Shown piece after piece: positions 54,364 through 62,901 of a DNA stretch of 64,000 bases. The stretch lies in sequence record LR756511.1; one strand, given 5' to 3'. A program made the translations under genes and the position numbers. Under the pieces are notes generated by a model. It saw only the letters and a program-made list of their open reading frames with translations. It ran no database searches and was not told where the DNA came from. The stretch's first letter is position 1. Each line of letters opens with the position of its first letter.

Positions 54364-54588
54364 CTAATTTCCTATGCATGGTTGACCATATTCACTCAAA
54401 ACTTCACGCAATACATCCTCACTAACCATTGGCATCGCCTCGCCCTTTACAATCCAGTAATTTGAGCTAGGCTTACGAATACATTCCATTTGCAGAAAAC
54501 GATGCCCGCCAAACTTTCCGAATAGCCGCGTTAGCAAATCCGAAAGCCTAACCGTCTCCACTCCATCAACACTCCACCAATAATTCAT
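54364..54588 (-). CDS. Hypothetical protein
   Basis: Tiled ORF. Confidence 0.5.
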   Translation of the reverse strand: MNYWWSVDGVETVRLSDLLTRLFGKFGGHRFLQMECIRKPSSNYWIVKGEAMPMVSEDVLREVLSEYGQPCIGN

Positions 54589-54611
54589 GATGCTACTCCC
54601 CTAAATAAGAC

Positions 54612-55070
54612 ATGATTAACTTCTTCTTCGTCCTCTTCGGATGGTATATTGCCGACCTTGTTACTGGAATATATCACTATTTTGTAGATAACTACGGCTC
54701 AGCCAAGACCCCAATCTTCGGCAAGCAAATCAAAGAATTTCAAGAACACCACATTCGTCCAAGAGCCTTCCTATACCACTCGCAATGGGACAGTCTCAAA
54801 TTACCACTTATAGCATCAATTCCATTCCTGTTTCTGGCGGTCTTTAATCCTTATTTCTTCTTGCCGCTAGCGATTGGTATTGCCTTCTCTCAATGGATTC
54901 ATAAATGGTCCCATATGGACAGTCCACCCGCAATAATAAAAGCATTGCAGAAATGTTGGATAGTGCTACCGAAGGAAGAACACCAGCGGCACCATACAAC
55001 TTTCGACAATGCTTACTGTATCGTAAACGGATGGTCAAATCCGCTATTGGATAGACTTATTAACCGTTAG
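54612..55070 (+). CDS. CarF/TMEM189/FAD4-family lipid desaturase
   Basis: ADLVTGIYHYFVDNYGS...FQEHH-x-x-P...WIHKWSH...HQRHH...YCIVNGW-x-NP. Confidence 0.85.
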   Translation: MINFFFVLFGWYIADLVTGIYHYFVDNYGSAKTPIFGKQIKEFQEHHIRPRAFLYHSQWDSLKLPLIASIPFLFLAVFNPYFFLPLAIGIAFSQWIHKWSHMDSPPAIIKALQKCWIVLPKEEHQRHHTTFDNAYCIVNGWSNPLLDRLINR

Positions 55071-55341
55071 CAGGAATACTTAAAGTAATTAGTTTGCTAC
55101 CAAAGGTAGGATTCCAGCTAACATGCCAGCCAGCCTTACGGTAATCAAGAACCGCATCAATAATAACAAACGGCTTCAATCCATCCAAATTCACTACGAT
55201 GGACGGAGGAGGCTGTTCAACCGCAAATGCTTTGGAGATTGCATGATTGATTTTGGTTCTCGCCAAATCAAGTTCAGCATTATGATCGAGAAGGTTATCA
55301 CCAACGGCAACATAAAGAGCATGATTAGGAGAAATAGTCAT
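55060..55341 (-). CDS. Hypothetical protein
   Basis: Tiled ORF. Confidence 0.6.
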   Translation of the reverse strand: MTISPNHALYVAVGDNLLDHNAELDLARTKINHAISKAFAVEQPPPSIVVNLDGLKPFVIIDAVLDYRKAGWHVSWNPTFGSKLITLSIPANG

Positions 55342-55352
55342 AATTAAACCCC

Positions 55353-55694
55353 TTAAACACTATACTTGAGACTAGGAGGCGAAACTTTCATACGCTCATT
55401 AAAAATATTAGGATGAAGTTTAGACATTTCAATCCTAACCCTGTATAACATATCCGCATAGGCATCAACGACTTCCGTAAACAATTCTTTATCATTTACG
55501 AATGCTTCGGTAACGTCAATGACAACATTGCCAGCCATTGTGCCCGCATCAGCATCGCTTAAACCATGCTTCTTGAAAGCTTCAAAGAGAGCCTTTGTGG
55601 TAAGATAATCTGGAGTTTTAGGGATATCCAAAGCCCTCATTGCCTTAACCATATCCATGAAATCATTACGTAGGCTCATTTTGACTCCAAACAA
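55353..55694 (-). CDS. Hypothetical protein
   Basis: Tiled ORF. Confidence 0.65.
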   Translation of the reverse strand: MFGVKMSLRNDFMDMVKAMRALDIPKTPDYLTTKALFEAFKKHGLSDADAGTMAGNVVIDVTEAFVNDKELFTEVVDAYADMLYRVRIEMSKLHPNIFNERMKVSPPSLKYSV

Positions 55695-55896
55695 TGAATT
55701 GTTGAGTATCTGGACGCCAGAAAGACGTTATGTAAGCTTTCGCTTCGTCTAACCCCTTAAACGTATTCAGATACCTTGTTGGGTTGTTAGGATTACATTT
55801 CGCCACTTCAACCGCATTCACTACAGCCAAATATTCATTTGAAATAACTGTAATAGTGCCGATTACCAGTGGCCCAATTGTTGCTGTATAACTCAT
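55666..55896 (-). CDS. Hypothetical protein
   Basis: After motif 55904. Confidence 0.55.
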   Translation of the reverse strand: MSYTATIGPLVIGTITVISNEYLAVVNAVEVAKCNPNNPTRYLNTFKGLDEAKAYITSFWRPDTQQFIVWSQNEPT

Positions 55897-55990
55897 GTCT
55901 TATGTACAGCTGTAGCCTTCAAAAAGGACGCGCGTGAGGTAGGCTCCCACATACACCTTACTTGGGCTTTTAGCAGGAGTTAGTCCCCCT

Positions 55991-56239
55991 CTAACCGCGC
56001 GTTTTATTCATGTAATGGAAATAACCAACTAGCTGACCTTCCGCATTATACCGATCCAACAGCTTAATCTTAATTTCCTTTACGTCTTCAGGATTAAGAT
56101 TCATTTCCTTGATACGATCAAAAACCTTTTGTGTATCCTGAATCTTCTCACCCGCATGAGCAGAACCATATGTAGACCACATTAAATGCTCTCTGCCGTC
56201 CCTAGTGACCGCAAAGACGTTATCAAGCAATCCCATCAT
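55991..56239 (-). CDS. Hypothetical protein
   Basis: Coupled ORF. Confidence 0.6.
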   Translation of the reverse strand: MMGLLDNVFAVTRDGREHLMWSTYGSAHAGEKIQDTQKVFDRIKEMNLNPEDVKEIKIKLLDRYNAEGQLVGYFHYMNKTRG

Positions 56240-56739
56240 TTTGCAAACTCCAGTAATCGTTTAATATATTCCGTCGCCTTCTCATAACTCCACGCATGAA
56301 TCAACTGGCCCTCCTTCGTAGTATCTTCATGCGGAAAGATTTCTTGAGCATTTTGCTTAACATCCGTGCCCTTCCAAGAGATAGAGATAACCCGCTTTCG
56401 CCAGCCAATCTCAACAGGGCCAATCTTCGTGGTTACAATAAACCAGGGGCGATGAGAGCAACACCAATCATTACAGTAACCATTAGGGATTTCTTTAACG
56501 TAAACTTCGTTGGAGAAGCAAGCCAGAAGCTTCGCTTTCTCAATACGCGCATTTTCCATTCGCTCAGGGTCAGAACGAACATAAGTTGTAAGAATCATCT
56601 TCTTGATTTCTTCAACCTTATCCTCGATGAAATTAAATTCGCTTTCGGTGAGATTACGAGTAAGGGCAACATCAACCTTAATCCCATAAGTAAAATCTCC
56701 ACCAATCGACTCTCGCTTGCAAACTTCTTTATAGTTCAC
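56236..56739 (-). CDS. Conserved phage hypothetical protein
   Basis: EIPNGYC...PWF-x-VTT-x-x-G-x-x-x-IGWRKRVI pattern. Confidence 0.75.
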   Translation of the reverse strand: MNYKEVCKRESIGGDFTYGIKVDVALTRNLTESEFNFIEDKVEEIKKMILTTYVRSDPERMENARIEKAKLLACFSNEVYVKEIPNGYCNDWCCSHRPWFIVTTKIGPVEIGWRKRVISISWKGTDVKQNAQEIFPHEDTTKEGQLIHAWSYEKATEYIKRLLEFAK

Positions 56740-56998
56740 TGGTTTCTCCCTTCGTTTGTTGCCTTATCTCCCAAGCGGCAATGAGCAATTTATCCCGTTC
56801 ATCGCAGAATTGTTCCGCTTCCTTAATCGAATTAAATGGAATCTGGTGAAAATCCCACCCTTCCATTACAAGGTAATATCCATTGCCATTGACGTTAGGC
56901 GGGAAGTAATAGATTTCATAGCCTCGATATTTCTTAACCAATTCGTAGCCCATTATTGCACCTTCCTCGCCCATCTTGTGTACAGCTTCGACTTCCAA
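56729..56998 (-). CDS. Hypothetical protein
   Basis: Tiled ORF. Confidence 0.55.
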   Translation of the reverse strand: MEVEAVHKMGEEGAIMGYELVKKYRGYEIYYFPPNVNGNGYYLVMEGWDFHQIPFNSIKEAEQFCDERDKLLIAAWEIRQQTKGETSEL

Positions 56999-58119
56999 GA
57001 ATCGTCCTCATCTTCAAACTCATTACAGACAATCCAAATGCTTAGTCCAACATTTACCGCAACGGTTAGGAAAAATGTCAGCATCACCGTCCACATCGGC
57101 GGCTCAACGGTCAAATAGTCAAAATCCTTAAAATGCTTACGCACGAATCCAGCCTGAACCTTCTCCCCCACCACATCTACCGACTTACCAAGATCAAACT
57201 TATCTTGTTCAATAATAAACTGCTTAACTTCCGCCTTGAGCATTTCTTGCTCAGTCCAACTAATAACATGGCACCACTTAACCTTTTCCCCATCCAGCCC
57301 AACCGCAACAATAAATTCGTTCTTATTGCCGCCTTGCCAGTGGTTTTCCTGATTAAGAGCAACGTCGAATGGAAGATCGTGATACAGAGCAAAAATCAAG
57401 CGGCATTGTTTATTATGTCCATTGCGAGCGTTCCAAAGAGTAAGCTTACGCTCCGCAACAGGGTCCGCGCCGCCAAGAATGAATTGAGAGTCATAGAATC
57501 CACGCACCAGCGGATATTCATACAACCCTTCCTTAGAATCAGGCTCAGGGAATTTGAATACACTATTGCTGGCGATAACCCTGTTCTTATAGCGATGCTG
57601 AGTAGTGCAAATCTCGCACTTATCATCGCTACCGTCCCAATTCGAAGCATACTTGTTGCCATTAATCGAATGATAATGGCGATGCATATTAATGAACTGT
57701 TTATTACCAAACTTCTGAACCAATTCAGAAAACTTACGCTCATTAACGCCAACCGTAATGCCATTGGTATCAACGACTTGCCAAACGGGAGGATGATAGT
57801 CTACGTCATACGCATGTTCGTAGCCGTCTTGGACTTCTGACGTAGTGCCATCCGAATTCTTAACGGTCTTATATTTGGGGTGACGGCATGGAACTTCTTC
57901 ATCCCATGCCTCATAGAATTCGGCGGTTTGAACGGCTCCAGTCCACCATTCTGTATCGGAAGTCTGAACAGCTTCGACAGTCCACTTGAGGATAAAGCAA
58001 AGAATCAGGGACACGCCAAAGGGAATGAGGAATTCCCACCACTTAGTTTTATGCTTGAAATAAGCATAGAGAAGGATTGCTGTAATGATAGGAATAATCA
58101 TTGAGCAGTAGATAAGCAT
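56953..58119 (-). CDS. Membrane-anchored protein (TPM-like central domain)
   Basis: N- and C-terminal TM segments; W-x-GGNKNE-x-IV. Confidence 0.75.
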   Translation of the reverse strand: MLIYCSMIIPIITAILLYAYFKHKTKWWEFLIPFGVSLILCFILKWTVEAVQTSDTEWWTGAVQTAEFYEAWDEEVPCRHPKYKTVKNSDGTTSEVQDGYEHAYDVDYHPPVWQVVDTNGITVGVNERKFSELVQKFGNKQFINMHRHYHSINGNKYASNWDGSDDKCEICTTQHRYKNRVIASNSVFKFPEPDSKEGLYEYPLVRGFYDSQFILGGADPVAERKLTLWNARNGHNKQCRLIFALYHDLPFDVALNQENHWQGGNKNEFIVAVGLDGEKVKWCHVISWTEQEMLKAEVKQFIIEQDKFDLGKSVDVVGEKVQAGFVRKHFKDFDYLTVEPPMWTVMLTFFLTVAVNVGLSIWIVCNEFEDEDDSWKSKLYTRWARKVQ

Positions 58120-58126
58120 ATATTCC

Positions 58127-58345
58127 TCAACGGTCTATTGAACTTTCACTAATGTATTCTTGAATCTCAGACAGGTTGACGATTGACTGGCCAATTCTCG
58201 CTCTTTGTTGTTCTTTTGATACGTCAAAGCTGTTCATGTATTCATGAAGAAGACTAGCCGCTTCTTCCAGGTCTTTCAACCATTGTACAGCTGTGCGACT
58301 TTCAACGTTCATGTTTCTTCTCCCCTTACATAACGTCTTATACAA
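58127..58345 (-). CDS. Hypothetical protein
   Basis: Tiled ORF. Confidence 0.55.
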   Translation of the reverse strand: MYKTLCKGRRNMNVESRTAVQWLKDLEEAASLLHEYMNSFDVSKEQQRARIGQSIVNLSEIQEYISESSIDR

Positions 58346-58506
58346 GCGGCATAGCGGGATGCCGTAAACCCAGCGGGGACTAGATTGTTGTCAACAATGA
58401 ACGATCTAATCTGGTTGAATTCAAGGCATCCAGCCTCTATACATCGCTTGGAAGTCCGTTCCATAACCTTATGGCGGTCCCAAGCTAATTTTTCAGCAAA
58501 TGACAT
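58309..58506 (-). CDS. Hypothetical protein
   Basis: Tiled ORF. Confidence 0.55.
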   Translation of the reverse strand: MSFAEKLAWDRHKVMERTSKRCIEAGCLEFNQIRSFIVDNNLVPAGFTASRYAACIRRYVRGEET

Positions 58507-58905
58507 TTATAGCAGCGTTTCCCATTTTATGACAGGTGCAACTTCGATTGAAATAATAGTATGGATTCCGTGTTCGCCAAATGGAAGATAACTCTCAAAA
58601 ATATCAAAAACCTTATCGTTAAATCCTTTATAGACTTTTCTAGGCGGCAGTTCGCCCAAATCTTCCCGTGGACAGTATTCGCCATGAGGATAATTATTGC
58701 TATGCGTCCAAGTCATTCCGTCAACTTTAGTGGTATATGGTTTGAATGCCTTAATAGCCTCAATCAAAGGCTTAATTTTATTCAAGTCAGCATCGGAAAT
58801 CTGCGATATTTCAGTTACATAATCAGCATCGTTCGTATCAGCCTTGATCTTAATTTCCCACATCTTTTTCTTCGTCGCCACGGCAATGACTCCTTTATGT
58901 CTCAT
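58507..58905 (-). CDS. Conserved phage hypothetical protein
   Basis: ADTNDADY...P-x-GE-x-GIHTI-x-SI pattern. Confidence 0.7.
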   Translation of the reverse strand: MRHKGVIAVATKKKMWEIKIKADTNDADYVTEISQISDADLNKIKPLIEAIKAFKPYTTKVDGMTWTHSNNYPHGEYCPREDLGELPPRKVYKGFNDKVFDIFESYLPFGEHGIHTIISIEVAPVIKWETLL

Positions 58906-59089
58906 AACCCAATCGCTTCTTGAGTTCCTTGACCCTTATTCTCAAGCAATCTACGCAAGTTACTTGGTCCTCAACATAGCTGAGATGGACCTGATCGTGC
59001 CCACTAATGCCAAGCACTTTGCCACAGAGAGCCATTAAATCACTGCCCATACCACAGTGAATCAAACCATCTGGCGGTTCTGTTCTCAT
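58895..59089 (-). CDS. Small Cys-containing protein
   Basis: LCG...VTC-x-x-C. Confidence 0.6.
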   Translation of the reverse strand: MRTEPPDGLIHCGMGSDLMALCGKVLGISGHDQVHLSYVEDQVTCVDCLRIRVKELKKRLGYET

Positions 59090-59313
59090 TAATACCTCTC
59101 GTAAACATCCTTAATTGCTGCCGCAAACCCCTCGCAATCTTGCTTGTCTCCTTCAAGATCGAAGTCAATGGATTCGTTTTGAAGGGCGATAGTTCCATTG
59201 AGCCTAAAGGCCGCAGCGAGTTTCTTTAGATGCGGCATAGCCGCACCCAAATCTTCGTTGTAGCCTTTAAGCGTAAGTTTAGCCTTGTAAGTATGCATTA
59301 GCACTGATACCAT
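59089..59313 (-). CDS. Hypothetical protein (weak acylphosphatase-fold resemblance)
   Basis: L-x-G-x-I...EG...F pattern only. Confidence 0.45.
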   Translation of the reverse strand: MVSVLMHTYKAKLTLKGYNEDLGAAMPHLKKLAAAFRLNGTIALQNESIDFDLEGDKQDCEGFAAAIKDVYERY

Positions 59314-59564
59314 CGGTTATTGGTTGTTACCCAAATAAACCACTTCTCATCTTGAGAACCTTTGCCATGCCCACCAGGAGGCACCAGCTTAATCTGCCCA
59401 TGCTTCTTGGCGAATTCATGTAAGTCTTCAATTTCGACTTCATAATCGCCACGCATTTCACCCGTAGGCTTACCACTAAAGTAGTGAACTTCATGTTCGC
59501 CTACCTTAATAGCTTCGGGAACGGGAGGCTGTTTACCATACCAATGAGCAATGGCATATCTCAT
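59298..59564 (-). CDS. Hypothetical protein
   Basis: Tiled ORF. Confidence 0.6.
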   Translation of the reverse strand: MRYAIAHWYGKQPPVPEAIKVGEHEVHYFSGKPTGEMRGDYEVEIEDLHEFAKKHGQIKLVPPGGHGKGSQDEKWFIWVTTNNRWYQC

Positions 59565-59749
59565 AATGAATCACTGTTCGTTTTTGTTTCTTTCAAGAAA
59601 GCAGAAAGTTCTTCGTCTGTTAAAAACTCGCCCGTAGTCCAGTATGGCTTGCACGGCGCATATTCACTATAGTTTCCATTCGGGTCTATAAACTTAGGGG
59701 GAACAAACACCGTGCCACCATTCCAGTCAACATAAAAAGCTATCGACAT
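59561..59749 (-). CDS. Hypothetical protein
   Basis: Coupled ORF. Confidence 0.55.
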   Translation of the reverse strand: MSIAFYVDWNGGTVFVPPKFIDPNGNYSEYAPCKPYWTTGEFLTDEELSAFLKETKTNSDSL

Positions 59750-59754
59750 TACGG

Positions 59755-60294
59755 TTACTTCTGGAACAGGGTTTGGTCATCCTTACCAGTTTCAAACACT
59801 TCTTCCGTATTGGTAGAAGTGACGATAGTAACATCGACCTTGGCGCGGCCAGCCAGGAACCATGAAGACGGAGGCTGATCGAGCAACGTATCATGCTGCC
59901 GCTTCAAATCCCGAAGCTTCTTCTGCTCACGCAGAAACATCTTCCGCTCCGCTTCAATCGACGCCATCAAATCCTTATAAAGCGAAGTATCAAACTTCGG
60001 GTTCGCTTCCTTGACGAACTGCATAAGCAACTGCTTCCGATCTTCATATCGACCAGCAATCAGCTTCGGGTAAATCTCAGCGAAGGCGTTCTTATACTCG
60101 CTGGTAACACCCGCCTTGTCCTTGAGAATCTTCCACATGGTATCATGGGAAGCCTTATTGGTATCTTGCTGAGCCTCAATCTGGTTACGCAACTGGACTT
60201 CTGACCGTGCGCAACTCATCCAGTAGAAACCCATCAGCAAAACCACGCCAAGAAACACTCCACCAACCGCCAGAACCTTGCTAAAGTTACTCAT
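59755..60294 (-). CDS. LemA-like membrane protein
   Basis: N-terminal TM; LRNQIEAQ; P-x-FDTSLYKDLM-x-x-IEAER. Confidence 0.7.
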   Translation of the reverse strand: MSNFSKVLAVGGVFLGVVLLMGFYWMSCARSEVQLRNQIEAQQDTNKASHDTMWKILKDKAGVTSEYKNAFAEIYPKLIAGRYEDRKQLLMQFVKEANPKFDTSLYKDLMASIEAERKMFLREQKKLRDLKRQHDTLLDQPPSSWFLAGRAKVDVTIVTSTNTEEVFETGKDDQTLFQK

Positions 60295-60302
60295 AAATCC
60301 TC

Positions 60303-60569
60303 CTAGACTTGTGTGTGAAAAATACTGATATTCTTTACCTTCATAGAGTCTCCAGCCTTAGAATTGGCAATAAATTCATTGACCAATTCAAAGGCCAAAG
60401 GCTCATGAACAAACTTAGCTCGCAATTCAACTGGAAGTAAAAGCTTTGAAGTAATTGCTCCTTCCTTGTTGATAAGAATGAGGAAACGGTCAGGAACCAT
60501 CGACTTCTTAATCCGTTCGATGAGATTCATGTTCCCCTTACGTTTAGCAGTCAACATCCTAGTCACCAT
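60303..60569 (-). CDS. Hypothetical protein
   Basis: Tiled ORF. Confidence 0.55.
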   Translation of the reverse strand: MVTRMLTAKRKGNMNLIERIKKSMVPDRFLILINKEGAITSKLLLPVELRAKFVHEPLAFELVNEFIANSKAGDSMKVKNISIFHTQV

Positions 60570-60789
60570 GACCCCTTTGATCTAAATGGACAACGCCATT
60601 ACTTAATTCATTTACCTTAATCATTAAATACGCATAATCTAAATGGACAACGCCATTACTTAATTCATTTACCTTAATCATTAAATACGCATAATCGTAA
60701 TTGGTCAAAGGGACAATCTTACGACTCTCCCCTTTCCTCTTTCGTTGGTACAGCTGCCAGATTTGAGCTAGCCTTTTCTTCTTGTTCAA
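60559..60789 (-). CDS. Hypothetical protein with internal 19-aa duplication
   Basis: DYAYLMIKVNELSNGVVHL occurs twice. Confidence 0.5.
   Translation of the reverse strand: MNKKKRLAQIWQLYQRKRKGESRKIVPLTNYDYAYLMIKVNELSNGVVHLDYAYLMIKVNELSNGVVHLDQRGHGD
60580..60696. repeat. 57-bp perfect tandem duplication
   Basis: 60580-60636 equals 60637-60693. Confidence 0.95.
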
Positions 60790-60958
60790 GAATCACCATC
60801 GCTTCTTCTAGTTTTCTACGAACCGCACCAAAGTATCCAGGGCTAAAATTCCCTTGCGGCCCGCCAAGAAACCGATCTATCAGCACCGCGAGCAACGCTT
60901 GATCCGTAATCGCCATATTGGGATTTAAACCTAATATTAAGATCGCCCGCTGGAGCAT
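60719..60958 (-). CDS. Hypothetical protein (start uncertain)
   Basis: Tiled ORF. Confidence 0.45.
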   Translation of the reverse strand: MLQRAILILGLNPNMAITDQALLAVLIDRFLGGPQGNFSPGYFGAVRRKLEEAMVILEQEEKASSNLAAVPTKEERGES

Positions 60959-61033
60959 AGATTGTATATTGGTAGGGGCGGTTTAAATTATCATGTTTTT
61001 CACCGCACGCTACACTTAGAGGCGGAAGATTCT

Positions 61034-61432
61034 TTACTGTGAACATAATCTCCCCCGAATATCGCCCTCAAGTTTCGCATTCTTAATAAGCTCCAGAATA
61101 TTTAGAGCTTCAGGATAAGAGATACGTTCCTTGAGAGTAACAGGCGAACCCTGCTCCTCTACGAAATCCTTAGCCTCTCTTAATCCCAAATTTAGAACTT
61201 CGCGGGTGAGCTTAATAACCCGAATCTTCTGTTCAGGACTCCAGTGAACGACTACGGCATGGTCAAAATGCTCAACAATCTGAATTTGCGTCGGCATTTT
61301 GGTATGCAAAACGCCCTTGTTATCCATAAGGGTAACATAAAGCTGTTCTCGATCTTGATGAACAAGAACAATTTCGCCACGGTCGCCGCAATCGTTAAAC
61401 ATCGCCAATCGACCAAGCAAATTAGTAAGCAT
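61034..61432 (-). CDS. Protein with C-terminal ribosomal bL12 (L7/L12)-CTD-like domain
   Basis: QKIRVIKLTREVLNLGLREAKDFVE. Confidence 0.7.
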   Translation of the reverse strand: MLTNLLGRLAMFNDCGDRGEIVLVHQDREQLYVTLMDNKGVLHTKMPTQIQIVEHFDHAVVVHWSPEQKIRVIKLTREVLNLGLREAKDFVEEQGSPVTLKERISYPEALNILELIKNAKLEGDIRGRLCSQ

Positions 61433-61612
61433 GTTTAACTTTCTTCCTTATAAACCTCAAAGCTGTCTTTGATAATTGTTACAGATTCACCAGTTGAAGG
61501 ATCGGTTAAGTTAATATTGAACTTAATAATCCTTCCCCACTCCCGATATTCGTCGCTAATATCCAGACTCAGATTGTCCTTCAAATACTCAAATACTTCT
61601 TGCTTAGTCATG

Positions 61613-61984
61613 CTAGTCCCAAAAGTTCACCTTTTTACATTTGTTACACCGAAATAGAGGATACATTTCGTCTGGAATATGCGTGCTATGATTGTAGAGA
61701 CAGGCACCACAATCGCAGAATGCAACACCTTCATGTAACGTATTACATTCCTTGCAATAGGTGCGATGCCCGCCACCTTCGACCCAATCTTTACCAATCT
61801 CCTCCGTTGGCAGAATAGCCTTTTTGGTATCGCCTTCGAAGTTAATAATGGTAACGCATTCCCATTCCCCATTAACTTCTTTGACGGTCCCTAACTGAAC
61901 CTTGCCGTGAAAACGGTTCTCATAGCTACAAGAAAGGGTGCCATCATCTGCCGTAACCCAAGTATAAGGACTGGTAGTAGTCAT
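61613..61984 (-). CDS. Zinc-ribbon hypothetical protein
   Basis: CKEC, CDCG, C-x-KC motifs. Confidence 0.65.
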   Translation of the reverse strand: MTTTSPYTWVTADDGTLSCSYENRFHGKVQLGTVKEVNGEWECVTIINFEGDTKKAILPTEEIGKDWVEGGGHRTYCKECNTLHEGVAFCDCGACLYNHSTHIPDEMYPLFRCNKCKKVNFWD

Positions 61985-62267
61985 TCAGAAATAATCTCCC
62001 CAACGCTCAGCTTGAGCTTATATTCAGCGATATAGATGAATTCACGCCACTTGCGCGACCCATCCGTTTGTTCAGGACCACACTTCTGAAATTGAAGAAT
62101 GCCCTTATCAAACATAATTGCGGCACTATCAAACTTGGTGCCAGGGGGTGTTTGCCAACCTGAACCTTAAGGACAGGATTATAAAAAATCATGCACTCAA
62201 TGTCGCCATCCCACTCTTCCCAATCAAAAATTTGGCACTCAATGGTCTGCTTTTCGGTTGCATTCAT
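61981..62267 (-). pseudogene. Gene with apparent 1-nt deletion in the G5 run at 62144-62148
   Basis: VGKHP continues as PGTKFDSAAIMFDKGILQFQ in the shifted frame. Confidence 0.55.
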
Positions 62268-62342
62268 GGTATCTCCTTTGTTTTCTTCGTTCATTCGTTG
62301 TTTGTACAGCTGGGAATTTGTGTTCTAGGACTAGATAGAAGT

Positions 62343-62717
62343 ATGTTAAACTTCAAAGAATATTGCGAGGCTATGGCTGGCGGTAGAGCAGATGTTTATA
62401 AGATCAGACATGATCTACCCTCTAGTGTGGCTGCACCGCCACCACAAATGGGACAAAGAAGCAAGCCATTGGAAGACACTCTTGATTATTCAAAGTTAAA
62501 AGCTAGCGATATTGGCAAATATGAAAACGCTTTAACAGCAATCGCCAATTCAATTGTTGCCCCACCTTCTTTTGCTCCTAAGCCTACCAAGATGGGAGAA
62601 ATAAGGGAGTTAGAACCAGCCGACATTGCTGCAACTCACGCAAAGGCAGCAATGGCATGGCTAGGTAATTATGCTAGGTATCGCGCAACATCGCATTTGC
62701 GCTATGGTACTTATTAA
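62343..62717 (+). CDS. Candidate internal head protein with CTS-like N-terminus (MLNFKEYCEA)
   Basis: Antisense to neighbours; CTAGATA upstream. Confidence 0.55.
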   Translation: MLNFKEYCEAMAGGRADVYKIRHDLPSSVAAPPPQMGQRSKPLEDTLDYSKLKASDIGKYENALTAIANSIVAPPSFAPKPTKMGEIRELEPADIAATHAKAAMAWLGNYARYRATSHLRYGTY

Positions 62718-62901
62718 CGCTTAAACTATAGAACACGTAGGTCGAACCAGTCGTCAGCATTTGCTGTATATTTGGCGAGTGTTGGATTGTTTGGCCACCA
62801 ATGACAAAAATACCTTAATGCGTGCCGCTAAGTATGCTGGAATTGATGAAAAGGATTTGGATGCAGCAATTCGCGCATTGGGGAATAGAATTATGCATAG
62901 C

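Larger units (their letters stand above)
19097..62311 (-). promoter_or_regulatory. Block of about 36 minus-strand AGCTGTAC motif copies
   Basis: GTACAGCT at e.g. 21124, 23802, 25709, 26017, 27817, 28355, 32158, 33363, 36362, 41613, 43433, 45823, 55904, 62304; none seen in 45831-55903. Confidence 0.85.

Noticed and set aside
55912-55990. Possible tRNA between 55896 and 55991
   Set aside because: No cloverleaf or T-loop; at most a terminator-like segment.
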